Origin: Paraspadella gotoi | Lineage: Eukaryota; Animalia; Chaetognatha | Direction of reading: 5' to 3' | DNA length: 64,000 bases | NCBI GenBank assembly: GCA_051294375.1 | Contig: CM119270.1 | Location: 19,789,741-19,853,740 of the forward strand | Shown here: positions 63,926 to 64,000 of the stretch, one piece after another | Numbering within the stretch: the first letter of the stretch is position 1 | How the letters are laid out: every line of letters begins with the position of its first letter | Made by a program: the position numbers and the translations under genes | The notes under the pieces: generated by a model | Seen by the model: the letters and a program-made list of their open reading frames with translations, nothing else | What the model was told of the DNA's origin: nothing | Database searches by the model: none

Positions 63926-64000
63926 GTTAGTTTTTAAATGAATTAAATAAAAATATTGATCTAAAAATATTATTTTTAATAAACAAATAAAAAATATCTT

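Overview
AT-rich, microsatellite-laden, intron-rich eukaryotic DNA, most likely from an invertebrate animal; the species cannot be determined from this window. Most ORFs in the supplied track are spurious. By hand-splicing GT-AG exons I find: (1) a G-protein beta subunit gene (+, CDS 9665-18999), interrupted by a noisy forward copy plus an inverted copy of itself that look like long-read gap-filling artefacts; (2) the 3' portion of a bark beetle/anakonda-like gene (-, 60666 down to 23798; PbH/SRCR/CUB-like, C-type lectin, TM, long Pro-rich tail), whose introns host three opposite-strand genes: (3) a ~3,650-aa protein with cupredoxin-like repeats, FN3 repeats and a WCxxC thioredoxin fold (+, ~28394-43778, including a 6.4-kb exon); (4) a putative 4-exon ~265-aa secreted or GPI-anchored orphan (+, 48313-50414); (5) a type II membrane protein running off the window (+, from 62866). 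There are several MITE-like elements and tandem repeats, and many introns have G-rich 5' ends and C-rich 3' ends. Six N gaps and several error-rich stretches limit confidence in the frameshifts.
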